From Eledone cirrhosa (taxonomy: Eukaryota): a stretch of DNA of 64,000 bases. Below are positions 39,366 through 52,951 of the stretch, one piece after another. The stretch is from the NCBI GenBank assembly GCA_964016885.1, contig OZ024742.1, positions 77,810,001-77,874,000 of the forward strand, in the 5' to 3' direction. Within the stretch, counting starts at the first letter, position 1. Each line of letters begins with the position of its first letter. The notes under the pieces were generated by a model, which did not search any database, was not told where the DNA came from, and worked only from the letters and a program-made list of their open reading frames with translations. The translations under genes were made by a program, and so were the position numbers.

Positions 39366-40148
39366 TTGCTTCATTACACCGAAAATGGAGTAAAACTCAA
39401 GAATAAAGTATGTAATCTATAGTAAAAGGAAATTTAAGAACAGAAATGATGATTCCATAGTTCAGCACAAAATTAAACGAGGTACGTTAATGCCGTTAAA
39501 CATAAAGTGTATACAAGTATTTCTAGCACATCGACGGGGAATTTAACCTTCTACCAGTAAGACATCCAATCATAACAATCTTCTGCGAACAATAATGTCC
39601 AAACAACCACAACTAGAATTGCTAAAAAGACATATACAAGTTTTAATCATACATACCAGATCATACATTTCAGATTACCTTGAAATCTTATACGAAACAG
39701 ATACATTTTGGAACATACTACCAATTAAAACAATACATGTATTACTGGACAATATATATATTCTCCGAAGAATAACCTCCGAATATACCTAGAAACATCA
39801 TGAAAGATTTTTGATGACATGGGGAGACAACGCACACCGTTATCATACTGTATGCAGCAATAGTTATAGGAGTATATTTATTACTAATATTAAAAGTGTA
39901 TCGCATCCTACAAAAAACACGCGGAGTAATATGAAAACTTAGCTAATACCAAAATATAAATCGAATATTAACTCTTTGATACCATATACATGAAACCAGT
40001 TATAATAGCTACCATGATTAAAATATGGAAAGAATGTTAATCAGGCGTTGATGGTTTTCTACTCCTATGAACCTATACAACTGCTAAGCTACAAGCCACT
40101 AGTGTAACTATCCGGATTCTGAAAATGGGGCCGTGGGGATCGCGAACG

Positions 40149-40190
<42 letters not shown>

Positions 40191-40535
40191 TTTAATTATA
40201 TAAGTGTCCGTAGCTGTTAATTTAGTAATGTAGCCTTGTTGGTATATACAAAACACAAGTTTGAATGTTCCCTCGGGATATCATGAAAGATTAATTAATG
40301 TTTGCCGGAAATAGAATACGTTTGATCTATTGTCAATACAATTCTGAAACGGTCGTCTAATAAATTACAGGATATTCCGATAATACACATCGATCTCATA
40401 ACACATAATTTATTAATATACCTGATTATCACAGTTATGTTTTTCTGTCTTAAATTTTTTTTACATCTTTTTAAATATTGGTCGGTATTAAAAGTAATGT
40501 CCTGGTGGTATTTCTGTGGGTATTCTGTATACTTG

Positions 40536-40576
<41 letters not shown>

Positions 40577-43500
40577 ACCGCATTGATTCTTTATCCTAAT
40601 GAGTCATGCATTATTGATGTAAATATTATAACTAAACTATTTATAAAAGTAGTAGTAATACAGGATAGGATAAAGAGATCCACTGCTTCAATCAATACTA
40701 TTGGGGAATATTTTTTTGTAGTATGTTATTTTTTATGTAAAGCAGAACTAGTGCCGCATACCCACACGCAAATTGGGAGGAGAAATGCCCCGAATCTAGA
40801 TGTAGTTTCGTATCAACAACAGACTAGTTAGCTTGGGACGATACATTCACAAAATGTAGTTGTGTCGTCTCAACCCAAAGTGTTGCTGTGTATCAACAAC
40901 AACAGACTAGTTAACCTGAAACAATAACTTCCGAAAATCTACTAGAACGAGAAATTGAAACCGAACATTTAAAATGAAGAATATAAAACACACAAAAATA
41001 AATAAAGAAAGAAACAGGAAAATAACTATAAGAACAAGCTCTCTCTCGAACCACTTCCATTACGCCAAACACACAGCTCTGTTCACCGAGTCCTCCGGGG
41101 AGAAGATTACTTATCTTTGCCTTAACAGATGCACGGGGTCGGGTGATATTCCGAATAGATTCAGTAGAGGGTGCACGTTAATATCTTTTGATATCAGCCT
41201 ACAATTCTGAGAGATACGGTTTTTGGCTGTTCTAAGAAGGCCATGTCTGTAAAATGTATTCTGAATGGGTGAAATATAACGAAAATTGACCATAAACTCC
41301 AACCGGATTTTTTTCATGAGATTTACTCAGACTATATATAGTGCTCTGGGTCATTTCCATACCATAATCCCTCTCATAATACAATAATACTTCTATGTGA
41401 GACCTGCCTTTTCACCGAACAAATTGTCTAGCAGGTAGAATGATAGTTTCTATGGATCAGGTCTATAGCGCAGTTACAGAAATGATCTGCGGAAAACTGG
41501 CGAAATATGTTGCAGACTACACACGTTCATTGTTGTGATGAAATAAGAATGATAAATAACCTTATAAAAAGAAATAAAATGGAAGGGCCTGGTAGAACAA
41601 TTTTCTTGGCCCAAACGCGATAACCCACAATGGATTACTCATACTGCCGTTGACAAATTCTCTCCACTAGGTGAGCCGACATTTGTATGCCTCTAACAAT
41701 CACTGCGATGCATGGGTTCGACACCACTGCATGAGATTGCCTTTCTGATCGTAGCGTCGCCCGAGGTCTGTCGCAGTTTCGAATAACCCTTCTCTTAAAA
41801 AGAAACAATATTATCAACGAAGTTTAACTACGTAATGTATTATATTCTCTCCATGTCTATTCAACAAATTATATGGTAATATTTTATTAAATATGTTTCC
41901 TTTTTAATGGCTTTGTCAAATAGGAAGATCGTTGTCCATAATTATTTTGCGGGCTTCTATCTAAGGGAATAAAGTACCTTAACACGTAGATTAGACCTAA
42001 TACATGTAAAAGAGCAGGACTCAACAAGGGGCACATAAGAAATAAATTGTTGTATTAAGCCGGTTAGTAGATACAATGAACAAAACTAACATGAGGCTGA
42101 TTACATAATATAAATGAGTTAAGCTACAAAGACATATATTTGTGATTAACACTTGAACTGTTTTCTATCCGTGAAATAATTCTGTGCAGTTTACCTGGTT
42201 CATTTACATTTTGAGTTAAGTTCTAGAAGGTTACAAAAGTAAAATGGATGAAATGCATTCTCATTCAAATGTTCCATTATTCTGTTTTTACTTAAAAATA
42301 TCAATTCCTTCAGTTAAATAGAACTTCATTGGGGGAAAAAAAAAACATTATTTATATATTTACATATTTATATATTAATATATGTATATATTTATTTCAT
42401 CTCATTTGAAATAGGTAACGTCACACGTCGAATGGGTGCGATATCTCATTGACTATTCATATTGAGACTTTCGCATGAATTCCTTGTTAACTGTATTGAT
42501 CTGACGGGAAGGAGAATGAGAGTTTTAATTTTTATGAATTTCCACTTGGCATTTGCGACATAAATGCTGAGTTATGAATAAGAGTTTGACTCTATGCAGT
42601 TGTGCATCAGGATATCACGTGTTCGCCGAATACGAAGTGCTATCACGCTGATTACTTATTTGAAAATCGATATAAATTGTGGAATAGGACTACGTTGAAA
42701 CTGAAATAATTAGATGTTGGAAGTGCTATTTTAACTCCCTAAAAACGTTATTACCACATGTCATTTAATACCACTTGTTGAAACAATGGTTTAATTGTAA
42801 GCATTGATACGGGCTTTGTATGTAAAGGCTTTCCTCGGTATTCTTTAAACCATTCAAATTCACTTCGTGCTTGTTAGTCTTACCGATAAGTCTTCTGTGA
42901 TGTCGCTCGAAGTACTATAGAATTATCAATTAAATTTCCTTCGAAACACCCAACTAGCACAGAAATGCTGTGACACATTTCAGAACATAGTCCTATGTAT
43001 GTGAAGTGGATGAGGAGCGGGGCATGGTAGGACAATCTTCGATAACATGCCTACAGGATCAGATCTAAACTGAGATTCAATAACAACAATGAAATCTGAT
43101 TTAACATCACCCCTGTCCAATTAATGTCATGGGGAAACCATATTCCCGTATTATCTTTATTGACCATATTATAATCTTATTCTGGATCAATACAGCAGAA
43201 CCATATTTAACGTTCACTGTCTTCAAATACATAACGCTTAAGCCCACTTCCTCTCAGTTGTACATTGTTCTTACTGTTGAAGATGTTACGCTGGTTGTTA
43301 TATTCGTTGATATCAGCAGCTGGTATTACTAGGGATGATGCTATCACGTACGGTAAGTGATTTTCTTCCCGAACCAGACCATACAGGTCTCTTAATGTTG
43401 TCAAAATTACCTTATATCACTAAAGGCACTAACGTAATCGAGCAGAAAATTAGTATTACAACTTCAAATTAAAATATCATAGCGCATACTATATATGTTG

Positions 43501-43803
43501 TTACGGATTAGTGGGACTTATTTTAAAATCCACTAAGATAATAATAAAATTCCGAATAATAACATAAATGGGTTTGATATGCATTTTAGTTGTTAATTAT
43601 TATATGAAAAAAAATTGTGTATCTATTTTAAATGTGTATCTATTTTCTGTGTGCAGTGCTTACAGAATAAGGATATGGAGACAATCTACAATAAATCTAC
43701 AATAACATAATTACAAGCTATATTTAAAAAAAAAACAATCGGTTGCTCCAATTACCAATATTATATGGTAAATTAAATTCCTTAACATCAGTGATACATT
43801 TAA

Positions 43804-44572
<769 letters not shown>

Positions 44573-44916
44573 CATAAATCACGTCCTTAGAATTATTAGA
44601 TAAAATATATACCATTTCCTCTCCCAATTAGCATAATTAACCATATAAAAAAAAACAATTAGACCAGGCTATAAGAATAAAGGGTCCTACGAAGAAATAT
44701 TTGATAAATAACCAAAAGCGGCCTCTTCGCGGTGACCCAAATAGAGTATTTACCCAACATTTCAACAGCATGTAGAAACTGACTAAATATACCTTCAACC
44801 ATACGCAATTAGGTGTAAATTTAAACTTAGAAGAAACGTGTACATAATTCTGGCGGCTAATGTCCAAAATTAGCCGTCGAAACGGCTTGAGCTCAGCCGT
44901 CGGGGTCCTATTCGTT

Positions 44917-44968
<52 letters not shown>

Positions 44969-44971
<3 letters not shown>

Positions 44972-45525
44972 GAATAGAATGAAATGAAATTTCATTTCTC
45001 ACTCTTAGTACGGCACTTACTTAAATGTAAGTATGTATACGTACATACATATATGTATACAGACGTACAGTAGCATGTATATATATATATATATATATAT
45101 ATGCAGGCACACATATATATATGTACGTATCAGTTTAGCGGACATTTATTATAATGTCCGCTTTGTTCGTTTGTAAACAAACGGACAGCCTGATTTATGC
45201 CGTACGGTGTTAAGGCAACCACGTCACCTTTTTTGTTCAACACTGACACAGGAACGATGTACTAGTTTCAAGCTTGTTAGCTATCGTCATCACCGTATAC
45301 CCTTCTGCCAGGTGGTTGAACGTTCGAAAGTATATACTTTCCTTATGAAAATTAACGGCTGAGCAGCCTAATTTGCATATTGAGTGAGTTCAGTCGGCCA
45401 GGCGCACCGAAAACTATAAAATAGAATAGAATGAAATGAAATTTCATTTCTCACTCTTAGTACGGCACTTACTTAAATGTAAGTATGTATGTATACGTAC
45501 ATACATATATGTATACAGACGTACA
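44969..45525. repeat. ~100-bp direct repeats (44969-45069, 45421-45525)
   Basis: atagaatagaatgaaatgaaatttcatttctcactcttagtacggcac...cagacgtaca occurs twice. Confidence 0.85.
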
Positions 45526-45554
45526 AAGAAAAGGTTCCTTATATTTAAAAACAT

Positions 45555-45695
45555 CATCATTTTACGATCGTTTCTGGGATATATACATGTATGTTGGTAT
45601 GTATACCATATTAAAGATGTATGTAAAAAAATATTACAAATTATCAGAAGAGATATACATGCCTTCACTTATATATGTCATCTTCAGAAATGATG
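45555..45695 (-). ncRNA. Type I hammerhead motif with a 106-nt stem II domain
   Basis: Minus strand reads CAUCAUUU-CUGAAGA-UGACAUAUAUA...UAUAUAUCCCA-GAAAC GAUC GUA-AAAUGAUG; stem I is a perfect 8 bp. Confidence 0.7.
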
Positions 45696-46364
45696 AAATA
45701 TGTTTATTGAAAGAAAGTATTAATACAAAAAGTCTGTTTGGGAACAGGTTTTGAATTGACCAATAGAATAGTTAGAGGTCAAGTTGATAGAATACCGTAG
45801 TAGAAACTTTATGCTAGGAGTGGAGGAATGTAAATTTATGCTTTTAATGAAAAGAATGGGGGAGAGAAAAGTAGGAGTTAAAATGAGGTCAAGTTAATGA
45901 GATAGTAAAGGATTCAAAAGAAAAAAAATTTGATGTTATTGAAGAATGTTGTTAAAAGCATAGGGAAAAGAATTAATTGTGGGATCAGAGTGTTAGTGAG
46001 AAATACTACTCCTGTTTAAATTTTAGTGAACCTAGATACATAAAAGGAAATTAAATTAATTGATATGTATACTTACAGAGTTAAAATTATATTAATTCTT
46101 ATGGATGTGATAAATAAAGAAGTAAAAGAAATTAAAAAAAAAATATATATATATATAGAAAGACTGAAATAGATAAAATTTTATAAAATGTAGTGAAGGG
46201 GATGCGGTTAAAAGAAGTAGTTAGGTTAAAGATAACTTTAGGTAAAGTGAGCTGCAAGAGGGAAATAAAATTATGAAATTCTTTCTAGTAAATATTTAAT
46301 TATAGGCAAACTAAGAGAGAGGTATATATTAATTAAGTTTATAGTGTTTGAAGGTTTTTCTAAT

Positions 46365-46760
46365 TCAATGATTGCATGATATAATTAATTCCTGTCGCTT
46401 ATTTAATAGGATATCATTAGATTTCATGATTTTAAATAGTTCTTGGGAGCATAACCTACACTCATATCTACTAATTTGATAAGGAGTAACCATTTTGAGC
46501 ACGCTCGAGGTCAGGTTATAATCAACATCCTTCTTTCTATAATTATTAATTGCTTCAGCCAAGGAGGTTGTATTAGTTAATATGGCATTTATAAAACTAT
46601 GTTTGTGGGTATTAAATCTTACTTTAAATTGGTTAGACGTAGCTCCTATATAGGATTGAGTGGAGCCCTTAGTAATAACTACACATTTATAGACTATATT
46701 ATTAATAAGACAATTTCCCTTTAATGGGCAATTTCTTTTGATGCTACAGTTACTGCCATT
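46365..46760 (-). pseudogene. GIY-YIG endonuclease domain of a Penelope-like element
   Basis: Open frame CPLKGNCLINNIVYKC...SYIGATSNQFKVRFNTHKHSF...CRLCSQE...LLNKRQELIISCNH*. Confidence 0.8.
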
Positions 46761-47254
46761 CGTAAATATTGTGTCAGGAGAGTTAATTGTGTTATCTATA
46801 GTGGTATTAGTGCTACTATTTTCATTAATGTATGGTTTAGAATGGGTTGTAATTAGATTAGTATGGTTAGACAGGTTGTTGGTGGGTGATAGTTTAGGGG
46901 ATGTGGAGCTAGTAGAACTGGAGATTATTAGTCAAAGTTGGTGTGGAGTTTACGGGACCTATTATAGGTGAAGAAGAAGGTGGGTTTTTTTAGGCTTACT
47001 TTAGTATTATTATGGTTGGTTTGATATCCCTAAAAAATTATTTGCTATCCTAGAGAAAAATTTCCCACCAAACCATAAATACCATTAAATTTTAAATAGA
47101 TCTACTGTCAAATTTTCCTACTCCACTACCAAGAATATACAACAGAATATAAGTGCGTACAACACATATAAGCGTAAAAAAAAACATAAATACACCACCA
47201 ACACATCAAACCAACCATAATAATACTAAAGTAAACCTAAACAAACCACCTTTC

Positions 47255-49800
47255 GATTGTGACACGGAGATATCGGTCCCTCCTGGTCCTGCGTAACTGT
47301 GTTGTACTGTATTTGTATTTGCAAGTTTGTATTGTAGGGCTTAGAATTTGTCAGCATTAAACTGCATGCTGTTTTTTTCCGCCCATTTGTATATGGCATC
47401 CAGATCTTGTTGTAAAAGGGCAGCGTCAGCCGGGTTTTTGATTGCCTGTGCTACCTTAAAGTCATCAGCATAGCTAGTGAGGGATGTTGTTGTATGTACT
47501 ACAGAGGGCATGTCTGAGAGAGCCACCCAAAACAGTAGTGGTCCCAGGACTGTCCCTTGGGGCACCCCACTTGTTATTGATGTTTCCTTTGAGAGGGCCC
47601 CGTTTGCTGCGACGGTCTAGCTTCTGTCCTTTAAGAAGTCATGCAGCCACTCACCTACTTTTCCAGTTATGCCCAGTCAGTGTAGTTTGTGACATATCAT
47701 TCCGTGGTCTTTACTGTCAAAGGCCTTCGCAAAGTCAAGATATATCACATGCACATGTGAGCTGTCTAGCAGTTATTTCAGTACCCAGTCGTAGTGATGT
47801 AGCAGATGTGTAAGGCAGCTTCTTCCTGGGCGGAAGCCATGCTGCGTGCTACTCAGGCGGTCATTCTTATCGAGGAAAGTAGTCAGCTTCTTTCTGACGA
47901 CTCGCTCCATGACCTTATTGATATGCGACGTCAGGGAAACTGGCCTATAGTTTTTGGCCTCCGCTCTGCTACCTCCTTTATGGATAGGGCATATTGTGCA
48001 TTCTTTCAGCTCCCTGGGTAGTATACCGCTAACCAAGGAGCTTCTGAAGAGCATCTTCAGTGGAGTTGCTAAGGCCCGCTTACATGTTTTTAAGAGGACT
48101 GCTGGGAATCCATCAGGTCCAGCAGCTGAGTCTGTTCTAATTTCATCTATGGCGTATACCACATCCTCCTCCGTTATGTCTATTTGGTTGATGGTCGCCA
48201 TTTCTTCATGTAGTGTTGTGGCATCAAAGAACTCCTATCACTTTGTTATTTGCATGTGCCTCAGTGGACATGTGAACACACTTTTGTACTGTTCGTTCAG
48301 TATTTCACATATCTCTTGGGGATTCTCGGTTAATGAACCGTCTGTATGGAAGAGTGGCCCAATCTTGCAGTGTACCGAGGCAGTTTTTTGCAAACTTAAA
48401 GAAGGCTTTAGGGTTTGTTTTAATATTTTCTATGACTCTGCTTTCTTTCTTTGCCCTCTCATTTTCATGGGAAAGTTTGTGTCCAATCACGGTGTCAAGT
48501 AGTGCACGTTTCAAATATGATTCCTTCTTGTTTCTGTTTTCTTTTTGTGCATTCAGCTGGTTGAGATCATGGTTCTACGTCTCATAAGGATTTTCCTATC
48601 TCTGGGAATAAGATTTTTGTGTCTGTTTGCCTTTTTCTCCGGGACAAACTTTTTGCATATAGTGTGTATCGTTGTCATGAGTGTTGAAATTGTGAGTTGG
48701 TCTCTTGTTTGGTGGTGTTTTCGCTCCATATTTGCTTCCGGATTTCTCTCTTGATCTTTTTTCCAGTTAGCCTTGTAGAAGTTAAGGCTGGATAACGTCC
48801 CGGTGCTTCTTGATGGTTGTGTCTCTGTTGGTTATTTCGGACCACAAATCATTAGTTCTACTAAGTTATGATCCGAGAAAATTGTTGGTGTCACCTTTAC
48901 ATTGTGGATGAGCACTTCGTTGTTTGTAAAACAGTGGTCCAGGATATTTTCGCCTCTTGTTGGGAGGAGTACTGCTGGTTCCATGAACAGCCTGTGTGTG
49001 AGGTCCAGCAGGGATTCCGTCTGTGTCTGTTCCATTGACGTCATTCCAGAGAGGAGGTGGCCCTCAGGCCATTTGACCTTTGGCAGGTTGAAGTCTCCCA
49101 GCAGTAGGATGTTGAGACCCTGGTCCAGTTTGTCAAGGACCTCTTCTATCCTACTGAGGCTATCCTCAAATTTACCCTCATGACTGGGGGCATCCGGCAG
49201 CCGATATGTGACATATATTACTGTCTGTAGTTGCTTCATATGTACTATCAGTGTGTCACAGACTGAGTTTGAATGTGTCAACAGTACAATTAGTGTGACA
49301 TCTTCACGGATATACAGAGCAACTCCACCATGAGTTCTCTCCTTTCTGTCCGAACGAAATACAGTATATTTCGGTATATGTATTTCTGCATCTGCTATAC
49401 TGCTTCTCAGGTGCGTTTCGGTTAGTGCCATGCATAATGCTTGATTGCTTATGGCTAAGAATTCCAGGTAGGAAATTGTACTCATGTTACTGAGTTTCAC
49501 CAGGCCTGACATTCAGCAGCAGCACTGGTGTTACTTTTAGGGTGCCAGTAATTGCTGTCGGTATGACACCTGGCCTGGTGTGAGCGGCGGCCACTCTGAG
49601 ACCCTTAATTGTGGTGGTCTCGAGTGCTGGTGAGGGTGACCCTGGCTCTGGAAACCATGCAACCAGGTCAGCTGTCCCTCAATCTTCTCTGCCATCACTA
49701 AAAAATGTTTCTGTTCTGCTGCTGCCGTCTGTATCTCGTCGGCATGTGCGTGCCTTCTCTTTGTTGGCGCGGCACGCGCGACATCAGCATACTTCATACT
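47255..49800 (-). mobile_element. CR1-group LINE fragment (end of ORF1, APE endonuclease, RT), truncated at both ends
   Basis: ALTETHL, RSDR..RTHGGVALYI, LLGDFNLP, PTRGENILD, SDHN (48832-49512); AAGPDG, NYRPVSLTS, QHGFRPGRSC (47773-48201); PQGTVLGPLLF, YADD (47341-47565). Confidence 0.85.
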
Positions 49801-49801
49801 T

Positions 49802-51308
49802 CAAATAGCAAACTCCATCCACCAGAGCATTAGAGTTACTATAGACTACCCAAGTAGACACCCCAACCATCGATTACCTGTACTAGACACAGAGCTCTGG
49901 TTAGATACCATTAACAACCAAAAACAAATCCTCCATTCCCATTATGCCAAACCCATGACTTCCAAACATCTGATCCACCGAAACTCGGCCATTTCGGACC
50001 ATACCAAAATCAACATACTGATTGCGGATTTGGTACGGGTGATGAGAAATGTGTCCCGCATGTGCAACCCCGAAGAACTACAGAGACACATACAACACTT
50101 CATCCACCGTATGCAGTTCTCTGGCTACAATCAGAGAGATAGAATCAGAGTGTATAGAGGAGACAGAAACAAATGGTAAAAAATGGTAAATAATGACATA
50201 AATGGGACCTGCCCCTTGTATAGGAGCAAATTTTGGGATAGAATAGAAAGAACTAGAAACAAGGCTAATAGAATAAACTCATGGTATGATAGCAATAAAT
50301 ACCAGAGTGTAATGTTCATCGATACAACCCCTAGAGGCGAACTAGCCTACAAATTTAGAAGGGCCCTAAATAAACATAAACTCAATATTAAGATAGTAGA
50401 AAGACCAGGTACCTCCGTAAAAACACTTATTAGCAAGACATACCCTTTCCAAAGACCCTCATGTATAGATAAGAAATGTATAACCTGTAAAATAAGTCCC
50501 CATATTAACTGTAAAACTAGAAATGTAGTGTATAGCATAAGATGTACTGAAGGACAATGTAGAAACAAAAATATAGTGTACATAGGTGAGACAGCTCGTA
50601 GTATAGGGGAACGGATAAATGAACACTGGCGAGACCTTCAAGATAATAAAGAATCATCTGTACTCTACCAACATGCTAAGATAGAACACAATGGTAAATT
50701 AGAGAACATAGAAATAAAAATAGAATCTACACACAGAAAAGATGCAATGTTTAGACAAATTACAGAGGCAATAAATATAAAAGAATTACAACCAAAATTA
50801 AATAGAAAATATGAGTGGAACAGCAACATCACAACTTACAATTAAGGACAAAATGAAAACACACACACACATAGAACAAACAACCAACCAATAACATGTA
50901 AATAAATAAATAAATAAACAAATAGATAAATGAACATAAACACACACAGACACCCGGATGTGGCGCATGCGCAAACTGAGCACACAACACACACACAGAA
51001 ACAAAATGGCGTAGGACAGAACAAAGGAGAGGCACGGAGACAAAGAAAGGAATCCCAGTCACTGAAGAGGTCACAGAGTGTGTGACGAAAGGACTATGAC
51101 TATATATAAACAACTATCTGGTTGGGGAACCAACCAGAAATTTATAAATTTGTAAATTTGTAAATTTATAAATATATAATAAATTGAAGTGAAATCAACT
51201 GGTGCGTGTGTTTCTTATTGGCAACATGACCCTCCCAAAGTATAACAATATCGGTTTCAACACACGATTTCAGATAAAGAATCTTGCTAAACAAATTCAG
51301 AAACGAAA
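49802..51308 (+). mobile_element. Penelope-like family A copy P4, 5'-truncated
   Basis: Highly similar to P2. One nonsense codon at 50177 splits the frame; GIY-YIG in 50183-50845; ends ...ttcagaaacgaaa then (TA)n. Confidence 0.9.
51057..51101 (+). ncRNA. Minimal type I hammerhead in the family A terminal repeat (intact core)
   Basis: AGUCA-CUGAAGA-g-GUCACA gagug UGUGAC-GAAA-G ga C-UA-UGACU. Confidence 0.7.
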
Positions 51309-51323
51309 TATATATATTACATA

Positions 51324-51356
<33 letters not shown>

Positions 51357-51364
51357 ATATATAT

Positions 51365-52203
51365 ATTATGTAATATATCCACGAGGGTCCAGGTAACAGT
51401 CAAACATTTCCGAGTCGGTTTTTACGTTGTTCTGGTCCTAGCGGCTCGCATTTCGGTCGCTGGCTTCAATTTGCATAGCTATCTAAACTCTAAGGTAACA
51501 TTCCTTATTGAGTGCTTTTGGCTGCACTTCCCGACAGCATTCGTTAGCTTGCCCGGAACCAGAGCTTCGAGTATGCTGTACTACATTCTTGTATTATTAC
51601 CTCCTAGACTTAATGATTAATTGATCAATTTAATTAGAAAATTCTATTGATTGTTTAATTGTTTATATTTGTTTAATAACATGTAGCTGAGAGCTTTTAT
51701 TCGGTTTATGTAAAGGATTTATATCCTTTGTTCAAATTTTGAATTCGACCGCCAAAACCGGGGGTTACCTCCCTTCGGAGAAACCACGTGACTACTAGCA
51801 GTGTTTACTACTAGTTCTTGCAACCGGCGGCGGCAGAAGGAAAACTTGTTCACGAAGTAAATTCCACTGTTCTATCTTCCAAAGAACAATTAACTTGCAG
51901 GCCTCTGCCAATGGATTTTGTTGATTTCGCATTTACAGAAACCTAGTGAAGAGGTTATATAATATTATGTAATATATCCATGATGGTCCAGGTAACTGTC
52001 AAACATTTCCCTGAGTCGGTTTTTTCGTTGTTCTGGTCCTAGCGGCTCGCAGTTCGGTCGCTTGCTTCAATTTGCATATCTGTCTAAACGTAATATTATA
52101 ACTCTAAGGAAAAATTCCTTATTGAGTGCTTTTGGCTGCACTCTGCGGCAGCATTCGTTAGCTTGCCCGCAACCAGAGCTTTGATTATGCTGTACTACCT
52201 TCT

Positions 52204-52207
<4 letters not shown>
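51365..52207. repeat. Diverged ~230-bp direct repeats (51365-51593, 51964-52207)
   Basis: tgtaatatatcca...ggtccaggtaac...tgagtgcttttggctgcact...gctgtactac..tcttgta occurs twice. Confidence 0.85.
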
Positions 52208-52275
<68 letters not shown>

Positions 52276-52402
52276 GATATCCACGGTAAGTTGTGGGGGC
52301 TATTCTGCATGAAGAACTCAATGTAATCCATATGTTGAAAATGTTGTAGGTTATGATAAATCCCAGAAAACAATAAAATATTAAAAGGAAAACCGAGTCA
52401 TG

Positions 52403-52759
52403 ATATAAGTTAAAATAATGAAATAAAAAATCAAGTCATTAGAGATATACTTCACTGCTTTACGATCGTTTCTAGGTGATGATAATACATTGTAGCTATA
52501 CTTCGTTATTGATCTATGTAAGGTTAGTTACAAAATATCAGATAAAGAGAATATTTACTTACATGCATATCACCAGCTGTTTTGAAAACATATATATATA
52601 TATATAAATATTCTCTTTATCTGATATGTTGTAACTAACCTTACATAGATCAATAACGAAGTATAGCTACAATGTATTATCATCACCTAGAAACGATCGT
52701 AAAGCAGTGAAGTATATCTCTAATGACTTGATTTTATATTTCATTGTTTTAACTTATAT
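52403..52759. repeat. ~155-bp-arm inverted repeat
   Basis: 52403-52557 versus 52605-52759, with few mismatches. Confidence 0.9.
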
Positions 52760-52853
52760 ATATATATAAAAGTTTTGCTGTCATGCAAAGGGAAAATCCC
52801 ATTAGCATGTTCTAGTGTTTTTTTTTTTTACTATTCTATATATTACATATATA

Positions 52854-52951
<98 letters not shown>

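Larger units (their letters stand above)
45530..47250 (-). mobile_element. Second Penelope-like family (C): GIY-YIG end, long 3' region with HHR, inverted 5' piece at ~47030-47250
   Basis: GIY-YIG frame on minus. The plus piece reads LEKNFPTK..ILNRSTVKFSYSTTKNIQQNISAYN. 46978-47025 is an inverted copy of 47205-47250. Confidence 0.75.

Noticed and set aside
40320-40365. GAAACGGTCGTC hammerhead-like 3' half
   Set aside because: No upstream core or stem I partner, and no repeat evidence within the window.
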